DNA of 64,000 nt from positions 23,498,001 to 23,562,000 of the forward strand of contig OX597840.1 of the NCBI GenBank assembly GCA_951406725.2. The letters are read 5' to 3'. The position numbers were made by a program, and so were the translations under genes. A model generated the notes under the pieces. That model had not been told where the DNA came from, searched no databases, and saw only the letters and a program-made list of their open reading frames with translations. Origin of the DNA: Octopus vulgaris. Lineage: Eukaryota. This document shows positions 14,758-31,030 of the stretch, piece by piece. Positions within the stretch are counted from its first letter, which is position 1. Every line of letters begins with the position of its first letter.

Positions 14758-14875
14758 GACGGGCTTCTTTCAGTTTCCATCTACCAAATCCACTCACAAG
14801 GCTTTGGTCGGCCCAAGGCTACAGTAGAAGACACTTGTCCAAGGTGCCACGCAGTGGGACTGAACCCAGAACCAT
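14332..14875 (-). mobile_element. tRNA-derived SINE, one full and one partial copy
   Basis: Same family as 871-1224. Confidence 0.8.
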
Positions 14876-15039
14876 ATATATATATGAGCAAAATGCTCCC
14901 CGTCCAATGGACGGTGCTGAGTTGTCAAACATTTAAACCAAATTTTCTCAAAACAACTTGTCCGACCGTCCCATAGGCCTCCCCTTTGAGAAACACTGAT
15001 TTAACCTAAATTTGAGATACCAGCAAAAGAAGAAATAAA

Positions 15040-16470
<1,431 letters not shown>

Positions 16471-18014
16471 ATTGATCAATAACAATATCAATGATAAAAC
16501 AGATGTCCTGGTGAATAAATTACAGCAAATGTATTACTTTTTACAAAATAAATTCATTTTTCACATTTTCTTCATTTGCATCAACTCACTAATTACGATG
16601 TGTGTTTTTTATTCAAACAATATTGATTATATTAATTTGCTCTGTTTTCTTGAGGATATATTATTTTGACACAATTGTATTACACTCCAGTTCCCAGCCA
16701 TGATCAGTTATCCTCTGCTGGACACGCTCAGGGATCCCAGGATCTGCACCCTTTGTGCTACTGCCCACATATTCTAGCCCTAGCTGGAGGCTTATTGCTG
16801 TTTGTCACAGTTTTGGGTGTAGAGTGGGAAATATTTTTCAAGAGCCTAATGCCCCGCTCTACCTATGGTTCAAACATATCCCTGCTCAACCCATGCAACG
16901 GATGATACTTATTTTTTGCTAAATCATTCTGTAGAGCAGGTTTTCATGGTCTTGTTCTTACCAGACAGCAAGCAGGGATTCATGATGGGCATCTGGTTAG
17001 AATGTCACCTGTTGTGATGAGAGTTACCATGTCCCCTTGTGAGAGATAGATTGGTTCGAGTAAAGTATAAATAGTAACGATCTGAGTGGGTTTGCGGTTC
17101 AGAGTCAAGTGAAGTCGGAAGGTGTCACTTGGTTTACTTCCTAAGGAATATTGAATGTTGGTTCTTAAAAGATATGTTAGTTCATTAGATTGTTGTTACA
17201 ACTTTCTGGTTATCTTATTTATTGTAAGGAACAATTATGTTACAACATCTGGCGATGAGGGTTTCGAAGCTCTTGCAGGTCAGTTAACAAATTTTTGTGA
17301 TAAAAAAATTGTTAAATCATGGAAGACTAATTAGCTTCTTTAAAACTGTTGCAAAATCAACGACAAAGGCAGCAACAACAACAATTATTGGAGCTTTATT
17401 CAAAGAAGTCCAAAAATGAGGGAAGTACATTTTTGCCGTTTTGGACTCGATGAATCCAGTTATAACCCAGAGGACGGTATAGCTTTTGCATTGTACTACA
17501 GCAGGTAATTTTTAAGGAAGATTGTAAGACATGGTCAGACACAGAAAAAGTAAGGTTATTATGACATAAATGAGCCCCATCAGAGTAGGAACATTATTTT
17601 AATTTCATATTACCCAAAAAAACTCAATGAAATTTGTTTTAAAGAAACAATGGAATTACTGTCTAACATATTTGGTGATAAAACTTCTCTAACACTTGGA
17701 TGGTGTTTTGGAATATAATGAAAAAAGAGGATGGTGATTTTATCACATACGCAGGAACAATTAACAGAATGTGTGAATATTTTTAAACTCAAAGAATTTA
17801 CACCTGAGATGTTCAGGTGTCTTATTTTGGTACAAGGCCTTACAACACTGAATATACAGAAATTCACACTGCAGAACTAAATTATGAAGATCAACCATTA
17901 AAGATCCTAGAGGGCTCTCAACAGAAACAAAATTCGTACATGCAAAAATGATTGGAATACATATTAAACTTCAGTTCGATACTGGAAGTGATATTTCAAT
18001 AATAAATATGGATA

Positions 18015-18681
<667 letters not shown>

Positions 18682-18714
18682 TATATGGAAGAAAATAGGG
18701 AAACCTATCTCTTC

Positions 18715-18913
18715 TACATGTTTCAGTCATTTGACAGTGGCCATGGTGGAGCACCGCCTTTAGTCGAGCAAATAGACCCCAGGACTTATTCTTTGTAAGC
18801 CCAGTACTTATTCTATCAGTCACTTTTGCCGAACCGCTAAGTTACAGGGACCTAAACGTACCAGCTTCAATTGTCAAGCGATGTTGAGGGGAGAAACATA
18901 GACATACAAACTT

Positions 18914-18966
<53 letters not shown>

Positions 18967-19523
18967 TATATACATATATATGATGGGTTTCTTTCAGTTT
19001 TTGTCTACCAAATCCACTTACAAGGTTTCGGTCAGCCCGAGGCTATAGTAGAAGACACTTGCCCAAGGTGCCACATAGTGGGACTGAACCCGGAACCTTA
19101 TGGTTCAGAAGCAAGAAACTTACCACACAGCCACTGCTATGCCTATACTCATTTACTTGTTTCAGTCATTTGACTGCAGCCATGCTGGAGCACCGCCTTT
19201 AATCGAGTCCATGACTTATTCTTTTGTAAGCCCAGTACTTATGATATCGGTCTCTTTTGCCGAACCACTAAGTGATGGGGACATAAACACACCAGCATCG
19301 GTTGTCAAGCAATGCTAGGGGGACAAACACAAACACGCATATATATATATATATATATACGACGGGCTTCTTTCAGTTTCCGTCTACCAAATCCACTCAC
19401 AAGGCTTTGGTCAACCCAAGGCTATAGTAGAAGACACTTGACCAAGATGCCATGCAGTGGGGCTGAACCCGGAACCTTATGGTTCATAAGCAAGCTACTT
19501 ACCACACAGCCACTCCTGCGCCT
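18715..19523 (-). mobile_element. Two tandem tRNA-derived SINE copies
   Basis: Same family as 871-1224. Confidence 0.8.
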
Positions 19524-19675
19524 ATGTTGAGAAAAACAGCAAAATTTCTTTGTAGCATGACGGGTGACAAATTAAATTTCATAGGCGAAATGTGGGGATA
19601 TGTCACATTTCAAGTGAAAGCATGCAATGTCTTCATTGTTAAATATGTTGATTATCTGTTTGGTACCAATTTTTT

Positions 19676-20040
19676 TTTTTTACTTGTTTCAGCTCAGAGC
19701 TGTGGCCATGCTGATGCACCGCCGTTTTGTACTACAACGTTATTACGAAGAACTTCCTCTAATATGTGGCACTTGGTGAAGAATGGAGTTTGATATAGCT
19801 ACTCTCATTTGCACCTCTTGCCGTGAGGTAGGTTCATCTGGGACTCTCGACAGGAAGATGTCCAGCTTTGATTTAAAAATCACTACATCTACTTTGTGCA
19901 AGTTCCTCAGACTCTTTGGGAGAATATTAAAAAGCTGTGGGCCCTTGAAACCCAGGCTGTTGCAGAAGCTGGTCCTGTAGCATGATGTCATTGCCGGGAT
20001 CTTTGGCACTATGCAATGTTGTCCCATTCTAAAATTGCTG
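19676..20040 (-). mobile_element. CR1/L2-group LINE 3' end
   Basis: RTSFCNSLGFKGPQLFNILPKSLRNL..FKSKLDIFLSRVPDEP, then 3'UTR GGCGGTGCATCAGCATGGCCACAGCTCTGAGCTGAAACAAGTAAAAA. Confidence 0.8.
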
Positions 20041-21134
20041 TAGTTTACAATGCAATTAGTTAGAATTATTCAATATGGGACTTCCCTATAAATATCTATT
20101 GTAAAAATGTAAATGGTTCATCATCATTTAACATCCACTTTCCATGCTGGCATGGGTTGGACGATTTTGACTGAGGGCTGGTGAGCCAGATGGCTGCACC
20201 AGGCTCCAATCTGATCTGGCAGAGTTTCTACAGCTGGGTGCCCTTCCTAATGCCAACCACTCCGAGAGTGTAGCGGGGCCGTCCAAGAATTTGGACCTGG
20301 AGATCTCCATTTCCAGCGACTTCAAGGGCCACCTCCCAGTGGTGTCGGGCGTCAATGGAAAGCGCCCTCGACTGCAACAAGACGACCAAAGATTTTTTTA
20401 TTTCCCTTACCTGTCTTGTTGCTTAACAACAAGAGTGCAGTGGGTGTTTTTCAAGTGTGACTGGCACGGAAGGGGGCGCAGCCAGATGGCACTGGCATCG
20501 ATGAGGCTCAAATGGTAGTTCTTTTGTGCCACTCTTTATCTCACATTCACAGCATCATCATCGTTTAACGTCCGTTTTCCATGCTGGCATGGGTTGGATG
20601 GTTCGACTGGGGTCTGGGAAGCCAGAAGGCTGCACCAGGCCCAGTCTGATCTGGCAGTGTCTCTACGGCAGGATGCCCTTCCTAACGCCAACCACTCCGT
20701 GAGTGTAGTGCATGCTCCTTACGTGCCACCGGCACAGGTACCAGGGGAGGCTGGCAGCAGCCACCGGCACAGGTGCCAGATGAGGCTGGCAAACGTCCAC
20801 GATCGGATGGTGCTTTTTACGTGCCACCGGCACAAGAGGCCACAGCAGGCTGGCAAATGGCCATCTTAATATTTAATACCTTGTGTTTTGTAAATCAAAT
20901 AATATCAACAAATTATAAAACAAACGCATAACAAGAAGAATTTTTGCAGAACAGACGTTATTTTAATGAAATATATCTTGTAATCACCTGAAAAGACACA
21001 TCTACACTGTTGGCTACACATAAAGCAACTCTTCAATATTCCACTCATAAAGGATCGAAGCAAGATATGTTGAAACAACTGTAGTGATCAATAAATATTC
21101 TTGTATCTTCCGTTAATTATATTATCATCATCAT

Positions 21135-21344
21135 CTATTTCTTTGCTGCCCACAAGGGGCTAAACATAGAGGGGACAGACAAAGGGATTAAGTCGATTAC
21201 ATCGACCCCAGTGCGAAACTGGTACTTTATTTATCGACCCCAAAAGGATGACAGGCAAAGTCGACCTTGGCGGAATTTGAACTCAGAACATAACGACAGA
21301 CGAAATACCGCAAAACATTTCGCCCGGCCTGCTAACGTTTCTGC
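21135..21344 (-). mobile_element. tRNA-derived SINE with a Meta-like central domain
   Basis: Minus strand GAGTTCAAATTCC (B box), then GTCGACTTTGCCTGTCATCCTTTTGGGGTCGATAAATAAAGTACCAG. Remnants also at ~29165-29230 and ~50590-50760. Confidence 0.6.
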
Positions 21345-21479
21345 ATCATCGTCATCGTTTAATGTCTGTTTTCCTTGATGGCATGGGTTGGACAGTTTGA
21401 CCGGGTCTCTGGGAAGCCAGATGGCTGCACCAGGCTCCAGTCTGATCTGGCAGTGTTTCTACAGCTGGATGCCTTTTTC

Positions 21480-22790
21480 TCCATGCCAAGCAGGGCCATC
21501 TCCCTGACAGGATCTGTCTTTGGTCTTTGCTAAATTTACTGTATGGTTTTTCAATCTAGATCTTGCTTCCATACCTGAAATTTGTTCTCTAATTGTGGTA
21601 GGGATTCAGCAATAAGAACAAGGTTATCCGCTTGGAAGAGATCCCAAGGGCAGCCAATCTTAAATTCCTTTAAATGCCGGCCATGCTCAGTTGTGCTTTT
21701 TACCGGTATGGAAGCCAGTCAAGGTGGTGCTGGCATCAGCCATGTTCGGATGGTGCTTTTTACTTGCCACCGGCACAGGTATCACATCTACAATTTCCAT
21801 TTGATTTTTTGATGTTAATGTACTTGAGTCAATAGGTCTCCTCAAGCACAGCAGGGTCTCCTCATATATAAATGTAAGTTCCATGGATCAAGGTGTAGAA
21901 TTGTATCAAGTAGAAGCACAAACGATGCTATCTTCCTGGTGAGGCAAAAGCAGAAGTACTTGGTCAAAGATATATCTTTGTATTTGGATTTTGTTGACAT
22001 GGAGAAAGCTTTTGACAGAGTCCCCTACTCCATTATTTGGTGAGCAATAGAGAAGCTAAGTTAAGTTAATTTTTTGGCTCAAAAAGCAAAAAGCAAGGCC
22101 ATGTAGGGGGACATGGAGTTATGTACAGGGAGGGTGGTCATACAAAGAGTTCAGGCCGTTTCTGGTCAAGAGAGACTTTGAACCGAGCGGTCGTCGGCAT
22201 CTTCATTATCTCATCCGGCAGCTTGTTCCACGGATCCACAACCCGGAGGGAGAAAGCCCCTCTCCTTTGATTGAGATGAAATTGTCACAGATAGAGCTTT
22301 TTGGAGTGACCCTGCAGCCGACTCTCTGGAGCAGGAGTGAAGAACAACTCTTTCGAGAGGTTACACTTTCCGCTTATCATGTTGTGAGCGAGAATGAGAT
22401 CAGCACGGCATTGTCGTTTAGGGAGAGATGAGTGGTTGGTGAGACATGTAAAAGCCATGTATAGGGATGCTGTCAGTAAGGTAAATGTCACCAATGAGTA
22501 TACATGAATTTTAGTGTCAAAATAGAAGTCCACCAAGGATCGTTTTTCACCCCACTCTTGTTTATCATAGTCCTGCAAGCAATAACAGAGGAATTTTAGC
22601 TGATGACCTTCTTATTGCTGAATCCCTACCACAATTAGAGAACAAATTTCAGGTTTGGAAGCAACATCTGGATTGAAAAACCATACAGTAAATTTAGCAA
22701 AGACCAAAGACAGAGATGGCCCTTTTAGGCATGTAGAAAAGATGTCAGGAGAAACTCCATGTAGTGTACCCAGTACAAGCTATGGACACA
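21480..22790. mobile_element. RTE RT fragments in both orientations
   Basis: 21900-22060 and 22490-22790 on + (FVDMEKAFDRVP). 21490-21640 is an inverted copy of 22610-22725. Confidence 0.65.
22060..22420 (-). mobile_element. CR1-like LINE 3' fragment nested in RTE
   Basis: RADLILAHNMISG..RLQGHSKKL..FSLRVVDPWNKLPDE..FKVSLD. Confidence 0.75.
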
Positions 22791-23864
22791 TATTGTTCAT
22801 TAGATTATAGGCTGCAGATCGTGGGATAGCCTAAGCATGTCCAGCAGAGAACAACTGATCATCGTTAGGAACTGGAATGTGATACAATGGTGTCGAAATA
22901 TATCCACAAGAAAACAGCAAATTAATGTAATTAAAATTGTTTGAATGAAAACCACACACATCATAATTAATGAGTTGATGCAAATGAGGAAAATGTAAAA
23001 AATTTATTTGTCTCAAATAAAGTAATACAATTGCTGTATTTCATTCCCCATTTTATCACTGGTATTGTTATTGATCAATATGAATAGGTTTAGTTAAATT
23101 ACATTAAGAGAATGATTTTGCACAGATAACACAGCAAGATGCCTTCTCTCCTGTATGAATGCATTTAAAATTAGTTAAACAGCATAATCCAAAGGGAATG
23201 ATTTACTACAGATATCTGCTAGCCTTGTCTGGCACCTGTGCCGGTGGCACATAAGAGAACCATCCGAATGTTGCCAGAGCCAGCGCCACCCTAACTGGCC
23301 TCCGTGCTGGTGGCACGTAGAAAGCACCATCCGATCGTTTGCCAGCCTCGTCTGGCACCTTTGCCGGTGGCACATAAAAAGCTACTACTACAATCATGGA
23401 GTGGTTGGCGTTAAGAAGGGCATCCAACTGTAGAAACACTGCAAGATCAGACTGGAGCCTGGTGCAGCCTTCTGGCTTCCCAGACCCCAGTTGAACCGTC
23501 CAACCCATGCTAGCAAGGAAAGCGGACGCTAAACGATGATGATGATGATCACAATGATACAATATCTGCCCAATGTAAGTGGATTTGTGACGAAAATATT
23601 TTCTTACGCAGAATGATTTACTGCAGATATTACAGTGATAGGGCTTTCTCTCCTATATGAATGTATTTGTAATTAGTTAAATATTGTTCCACAGAGAATG
23701 ATTTACCACAGATATCACAGTGATAGGGCTTCTCTCTTGTATAAATACATTTATGAGTACATATAGCACATTCCCAAGAGAATGATTTACCACAGATATC
23801 ACAGTGACATAGTTTGTCTCCTTTATGAATAGACTTAGAATGATTTACTGCAGATATCACAGTG

Positions 23865-24998
23865 CTATTTCTCTCCTGTATGAATGTATTTGTGTCTATT
23901 AAAGTTACTTTTATGAAAGAATGATTTACCACAGATATCACAGTGATATTGTTTCTCTCCTGTATGAATGTATTTGTGATGACTAAGGTTACTTTTTCCA
24001 GTGAATGATTTACCACAGATATCACACTGATATGGTTTCTCACCTGTATGAATGTGTTTGTGATGAGTAAGGTTACATTTTTGAGTGAATGATTTACCAC
24101 AAATGCTACATTGATATGGTTTCTCATCAGCATGAATAAATTTGTGTTTAGTTAAAGAACTTCTTATATAAAAGGACTTATTACATATATCACAGTGATA
24201 TGGTTTCTCTCCTGTATGAATGGATTTGTGAGAAGTCAGGTTACTTTTTTGAGAGAATGATTTACCACAAATATCACAGTGATATGGTTTCTCTCCTGTA
24301 TGAATGGATTTGTGAGAAGTCAGGCTACCTTTTTGAGAGAATGATTTACCACAAATATCACAATGATGTGGTTTCTCTCCTGTATGAATGTGTTTGTGAG
24401 AATCAAGGTTACATTTTTGAGTGAATGATTTACCACAAATATCACAGTGATATGGTTTCTCTCCTGTGTGAATGTATTTGTGAGAACCAAGGTGACTTCT
24501 TTGAGAGTATGATTTACCACAAATTTCGCAGTGATACGGCTTTTCATGAGTATGTGAAAGTTTGTGTTTAGCTAAATCATTCCTTAGTGAAAAGGATTTA
24601 TCACAGATATCGCATTGATATGGTTTCTCACCTGTATGAATGTATTTGTGAGGTTTAAGGTGACTTTTTTGGGAGAATGATTTACCACAGATGTCACAGT
24701 GATACGGTTTCTCTCCTGTATGAATGTATTTGTGACAAGTAAGGCTACTCCTATTAGAGAATGATTTACCACAAATACCACATTGATATGGTTTCTCTCC
24801 TGTATGAATGTATTTGTGATGAGTAAGGTTATATTTTTTAGAGAATGATTTACCACAGATATCACAGCGATATTGCTTTCCACTTGGATCAATACACTTG
24901 TGAACAGTGAGATTTGCTGTATTAGAAAAAGTCTTTTTACAGATATCACATTGGTCTGATAATTTTTCTCTTTCTCTTGTCATCTCCGGCGGATTCAT
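23865..24998 (-). CDS. C2H2 zinc-finger protein, subfamily A (12 intact fingers plus 1 degenerate)
   Basis: Open frame from MNPPEMTRE (ATG 24998) with TGEKPY-linked fingers and no effector domain. Decayed fingers continue past the stop to ~23130. Confidence 0.9.
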   Translation of the reverse strand: MNPPEMTREREKLSDQCDICKKTFSNTANLTVHKCIDPSGKQYRCDICGKSFSKKYNLTHHKYIHTGEKPYQCGICGKSFSNRSSLTCHKYIHTGEKPYHCDICGKSFSQKSHLKPHKYIHTGEKPYQCDICDKSFSLRNDLAKHKLSHTHEKPYHCEICGKSYSQRSHLGSHKYIHTGEKPYHCDICGKSFTQKCNLDSHKHIHTGEKPHHCDICGKSFSQKGSLTSHKSIHTGEKPYHCDICGKSFSQKSNLTSHKSIHTGEKPYHCDICNKSFYIRSSLTKHKFIHADEKPYQCSICGKSFTQKCNLTHHKHIHTGEKPYQCDICGKSFTGKSNLSHHKYIHTGEKQYHCDICGKSFFHKSNFNRHKYIHTGEK

Positions 24999-26084
24999 TA
25001 TTCTTCTGCAGTATACGACCCCAAAATATATTTTTCTTTTCTTCTTTATAAATGTCTTTGTTGATTCAAATACTTCTACTGCTATATTTACAGCAAATCT
25101 GATCTTCTCGAATATCTGAAGATAATACAAAGACCACAGATTTTTCCAAATTCAAACAGAATGTAAAATACTGGCAATGAAGAAAACAAACGTTCGTATT
25201 AATTCCAAAGAAATATTTTACAGTTATTCACCATAGATTTGTTATAGAAACAGGGTTATATATATTATTTATAATATCTTCTATTAGTTTTCAAATGATG
25301 ATCAATATTCATGATGTATCTGATGTAAATACTCCTTTATACCACTAACATCTCATATTCTGAAATGACACAGAAACAGTAGAAGATATAGGAAAGACTT
25401 GAAAAGCAGAGATTCAACTATAAAAAATATTACTACATTTTCATAATAATAAACTGTTTATATAAACCTTAACCCGAATAATTAGTCTCTATACACAGAC
25501 TTCCGTTCCTTTGCCTTCAGATATTATGTAAATTGTTAAACTACAAAATATTGGACAATAACTTCCTACTATCTTCAGAAATGTGATAAGTCACTGTTGT
25601 TTAGCCCGGAATCATCCTTGGCTGAACAGGTCTATTAGTGAAATTAGGTTGTGTTCACGACTTTTAAAATAATAATGAAATTACTGTATACAGTGCTCAG
25701 GTGCACCACAACTTGTCAAAAGTGCGTATAAATTATATACAGTAATGTACAAATGTCTGGCAAGTGAACAGTGTACGAGTCAGATACATGCTTGCGTGTG
25801 TATGGAGGGGAGAAAACACCCCATATATAAAAAACAACAACACTTTTTTTAAATGTATCCGGTACTTATATTGTAACAACGCCTAAAAGACATTAAAAAT
25901 TTGGTGCTTTTTAATCGACATACCAAGTAAAATTAAGATTAGATTTTCTTGGCATTGTTCAAGAAATTTAACGGAGAATGGAATTAATATCGAAATCAGA
26001 TTAGCAACATTCAAAACTTTCACAATTGTCTGGAGTTTCCAATAAACCAGGATCATCGGCTTTTACCACAAACAAAACATGTAT

Positions 26085-26260
26085 TGTATCTTACCTGTTA
26101 TGATAAATAAATTAGTGTTTAATATGAATTAACGTTAATTACATAAAGGATCGATCTGGCGGGAAATATAATTTAAAGGTACTTTAGAAAAATCGACACG
26201 GAACTTCAACGAAACGAACACACTTCTAAATATTGTATCCATCCTATTACTACGCATTTG
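26085..26260 (-). promoter_or_regulatory. Candidate non-coding first exon / splice donor for the 24998 gene
   Basis: Minus-strand CAG|GTAAGA near 26095 in a CpG-containing stretch upstream of the conserved acceptor. Confidence 0.35.
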
Positions 26261-26839
26261 TCGGATGCTAAAACTGAAGTGGTAAATTTTTAATAGTTTT
26301 TATTGCTATAATTACGTTTACGAAATGTGAATTATAATGAAAAAAACCCGAATAATGGCAAAAAATACAAAAGTATATGCTGACTACTTATATTCAGTTT
26401 TTTTTGCTACTCTTACGATCTCCTCTTTAAACCTCTAGTGTCGTTCTTCGTCTATTTCTTTTTAAGGTTAAGGTTAAGGTGAGAAACCCGTGGGTTGTTT
26501 TCTAACCAATACCCAAGAAATTATGTAAAGCTGACTCGCAAAGTCTTATTCAATAATATTTTTATTAAACCCAAATTCAATCGTTTAAAGAGTATTAGAA
26601 ATGAAAACGGGAGTGATCTCCCTTAGTTTTATTTATTTATTTGTTTCTATTTTCATCAAGTTTCAGCAAACGAGCTGTGGCCATGCTGGGGCACCGCCAT
26701 TCAAACAGTTTCCTTTTTTTTTTTTGTTTAAGATAAATGGCATTTTTCTGATTCTTTTCCTGCTAAGAGTTTACTTGATGAGAAGGACAAGTATTGAATT
26801 TTCTAAGTAATTCTTCAAACTACTCTAGAAAGAATTTAG

Positions 26840-27432
26840 GATCTTTTCGGTTTGAACGGCAGTTTTTAACATAATTTCTAAGTAACTAAAAAATTTTAAA
26901 CTTCGTATACTGGTAGAATGTGTTTATAAAACATCTTTTTCTCTTGGCTTTATTGAGAAAATCCTATAGTTTGTAAGATATTTGTTGTTTTTTATTTCTT
27001 CAATTTCTTCAATTTCAACTAATCAATGACGTCCATTGAGGTGAAAACATTCTTTGCCGTATGAATATGTCCCTCGTTTAAGAAACAGATTGGGTTTATT
27101 TACATTTGTAAAAAAAAAAAAGATACCCTTTCCTCAACTCCTAACCCTAACCCTAAAACAGATTGAAATGCAATAGATTGATACTAGGGTCATAATTATG
27201 GGTGACAATTTCATATGATACCGCTAGAAAAAACTGCCGTTCCCAATAGAGGGCATAGGATTGGTTAAAATTTGAAAAATTAAACTACGTTAAACAAGCA
27301 AATTACAATTTTCTCAAGAAAGCCAAGAGAAAAAAATGTTATATTTTGATACATTCTACCAGTATATGAAGTTTTAAAGTGTTTAGTTAACTAGAAATTT
27401 TGTTAAAAACTGCTGTTCAAAAGGAAAAGATC
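26840..27432. mobile_element. Non-autonomous repeat with subterminal inverted repeats and (CCCTAA)n (Helentron/HINE-like), plus an inverted partial copy
   Basis: GAACGGCAGTTTTT at ~26854 and AAAAACTGCCGTTC at ~27230, with CTAACCCTAACCCTAA inside. Inverted older copy at 27300-27432 and a near-identical copy at 31486-31812. Confidence 0.55.
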
Positions 27433-27466
27433 TGACTTAGTGTAATTTACTGCAGATATTACAGTT

Positions 27467-28351
<885 letters not shown>

Positions 28352-29329
28352 TATTGTTCTGTAGTATACAAGCACAAAATATATTTTTCCTGTTCTTCTT
28401 ATATATTCCTTTGTTGATTTTCCACAAGTTTGGTCTTTGTCAATAGCTAAAGGTAATAGAAACACCTTTGCAGATTTTTCCAAGTTCAGACTGAATGGGA
28501 AATACTTTAGCAAATATTCCAGGCAGTGATGGAAACAAATGTTGCTGCTAATTCAGATGGAATTTTTCAGTTCTTCACCATAGATAAATTATATAAACGT
28601 GGTTATATATATTATTTATAACATCTTCCATTAGTCTTCAAATGACGATCAATATTCCTGATGTATCTGAAGTAAAAACTCCTTTATACCACTAACATCT
28701 CATATTCTGAAATGACACAGAAACAGTAGAAGATATAGGAAAGACTTAAAAAGCAGAGATTCAACAATAGAAAATATAACTACATTTTCATAATCATAAA
28801 CTGTGGATATAAACTTTTACCCCAATAATTAGTCTTTAAAATTTATTTTATTAAAATTATATGATACATATGCACAGACTTCAGCTCCTCTTCCTTCAGA
28901 TATTATGTAAAACATTAAAGTACATATTATTGGACAATATTTCCATCTTGCTTCTTAAGACAGAAGCAAGATGGGACTTTCTCAAGATGAGCAAAGGCAA
29001 GCCGCAGCACGTCAGATGGAGTTTCAATACAGAAGGGAGATGAGACTTTTGCAAGATCAGCAAACACATGCTGCAGCATTTAATGCTTAGCCATTGAAAC
29101 ATTTTAATGATTAGACAGAGCAAGCCCCGCCGGCTTGCATACGAAAAGCATGGAATGATGATATTTAATTTATCAACTCCGTAAGGTTGAAAGGTAAAGT
29201 CGACCTTGGCGGAATTTGAACTGAGAATGTATAAATTCATTCTTCACAAATCCTGGAGCTGCTTTCATATATAATCCATCCCATTTTTATGAAAATGATA
29301 ATTTTGTCCAAATTAGTGTGCTAAACTCA

Positions 29330-29620
29330 AATCATTGTTTCTGTAAAGCTTTAAAATTTCCAAATGAAACTAATGGCATGCAATGCCCAGGCAGTAAGGT
29401 AATATTGCCAGCACTACCAGCTCCTTCTCAACCTCTTCTGGAAGGTACTTCCATCCAGTCAAAGGATTTCCTGAATAATATCAGACAATCCTGCATCACA
29501 AATGACATTGTTTGGTGCATCTAAGGAGATAGTTGAACATGGATTTACACTGACATTCACAGTCGAAGGGTAAGTCTGTCACCTCAATGGTTCCCTGTTA
29601 CCCACAAATGAACAACCAAC
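29330..29620 (+). mobile_element. Helitron Rep N-terminal remnant
   Basis: CFCKALKFPNETNGM..KVILPALPAP..SKDFLNNIR..FGA..TFTVEG*VCHLNGSLLP. Confidence 0.7.
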
Positions 29621-30314
29621 CACATCTTCATCATCATCATCATCGTTTAACGACCGTTTTCCATGCTAGCATGGGTTGGACGGTTTGACCGGAATCTGGG
29701 AAACCAGGAGGCTGCACCAGGCTCCAGTATGATCTGGCAGTGTTTCTAAAGCTGCATGCCCTTCCTAACGCCAACCACTCTGTGAGTATAGTGGGTGCTT
29801 TTTACGTGCCACTGGCCAGAGAACGCTGGCAAATGGCCACGATTGGTTGGTGCTTTTATGTGTCACAGGTCCTGTGTTTGCTGATCTTCATGAGTGATGT
29901 AGGACAATAAACCCAAAGGAGGTGTCAAAACTTCAGACGATGGGTCATGTTATTTTGCTAATTTGTAGAAGTATTAAACTTATCCAATCTCATCATATTT
30001 AAGAAGTTTCTATCATAGAGTGGACACATGTATTATAATAACAACTCCTAGACACACCAATGAAGCAGGAAAATCTGTGACAATGTATTAATGTAAACAC
30101 AAAGAGTGGTAGAACCAACTGCAGTACAGAAAAGGACATTACATGAATTTCATTGTGAACCCCTGGGGATGTCATGACTGTAAGCTTTGATGGGGAGTCA
30201 TGTGTATTGGCCAGCAATGGACCGGGACATTCAAAATTTGGTAAAAATCATGTAGAGATTGTGCATTAGCATCCAAGGCACCACCAGTGAAATACCAATT
30301 GTGGTCTGAGACGA

Positions 30315-30545
30315 AGAACACCTCGACCTCTCCAAGACTGACGAATGTGAAGACACTGTTGACCGTTTTCTTTGACTCCAGGGGATTGTTCATCATGAGT
30401 ATGCTCCACCTGGTCAGACAGTAAACCAGGAGTTCTACTGTGACGTTTGCGGGATGCTATTCATTGGAAAGGGCCACAATTCGATGTCTCCAGGGAGTGA
30501 CAATGCACCTGCCTATTCAGGTGGCAAAACAGGTGTGATATCTGT
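30315..30545 (+). mobile_element. Mariner transposase remnant (duplicate of 38643-38870)
   Basis: VKTLLTVFFDS.GIVHHEYAPPGQTVNQEFYC. Confidence 0.75.
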
Positions 30546-30744
30546 TTTTTCCAAAACAAAGTAAATAAAACACAAAAACACAAAGTAAGGATCGACTAGT
30601 CACGACTAGCAAGCGCGGATACGCGAGTGCGCGCACCGGGAGCACTCTTCTTAAGTAGTACCCTTTTAACTTACTCAACACATCGAAACAATCAGATATA
30701 TGACATGACACATATATATGGTACATATAGACTATGCTTGACAA

Positions 30745-31030
30745 GTGAATGGTGCATGCTACTTGATCATGATTGATAGCCTTACAAAGTGGTTGGAAGG
30801 ATGTAGGTGCAGTCAACCTACCTTGAAGGCAACTATATCGTTCCTGCCCATTTTTTTTTGGCTCAGAAAGGTGTTTCGGACAATATCGAACAAGGGAACA
30901 CAATTTACAGGATACCAGTTAAAGAAACCCTGCAAAATACATGTAGGCAAGTACGTCTACCCCACCCTACCGCTCAAGGTCAAATGGGTAAGCAGAACGA
31001 TTTATAGATACTTTCAAGCGAGCGCCAAAT
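30745..31030 (+). mobile_element. Gypsy integrase remnant
   Basis: NGACYLIMIDSLTKWLE..TISNKGTQFT..HPTAQGQMG. Confidence 0.6.

Noticed and set aside
25000-25130. N-terminal extensions given by the ORF track for ZNF genes (also 28352-28513, 39775-39843, 6570 and 9878)
   Set aside because: They use TTG/GTG starts that are not conserved among paralogs; the conserved ATG lies downstream.
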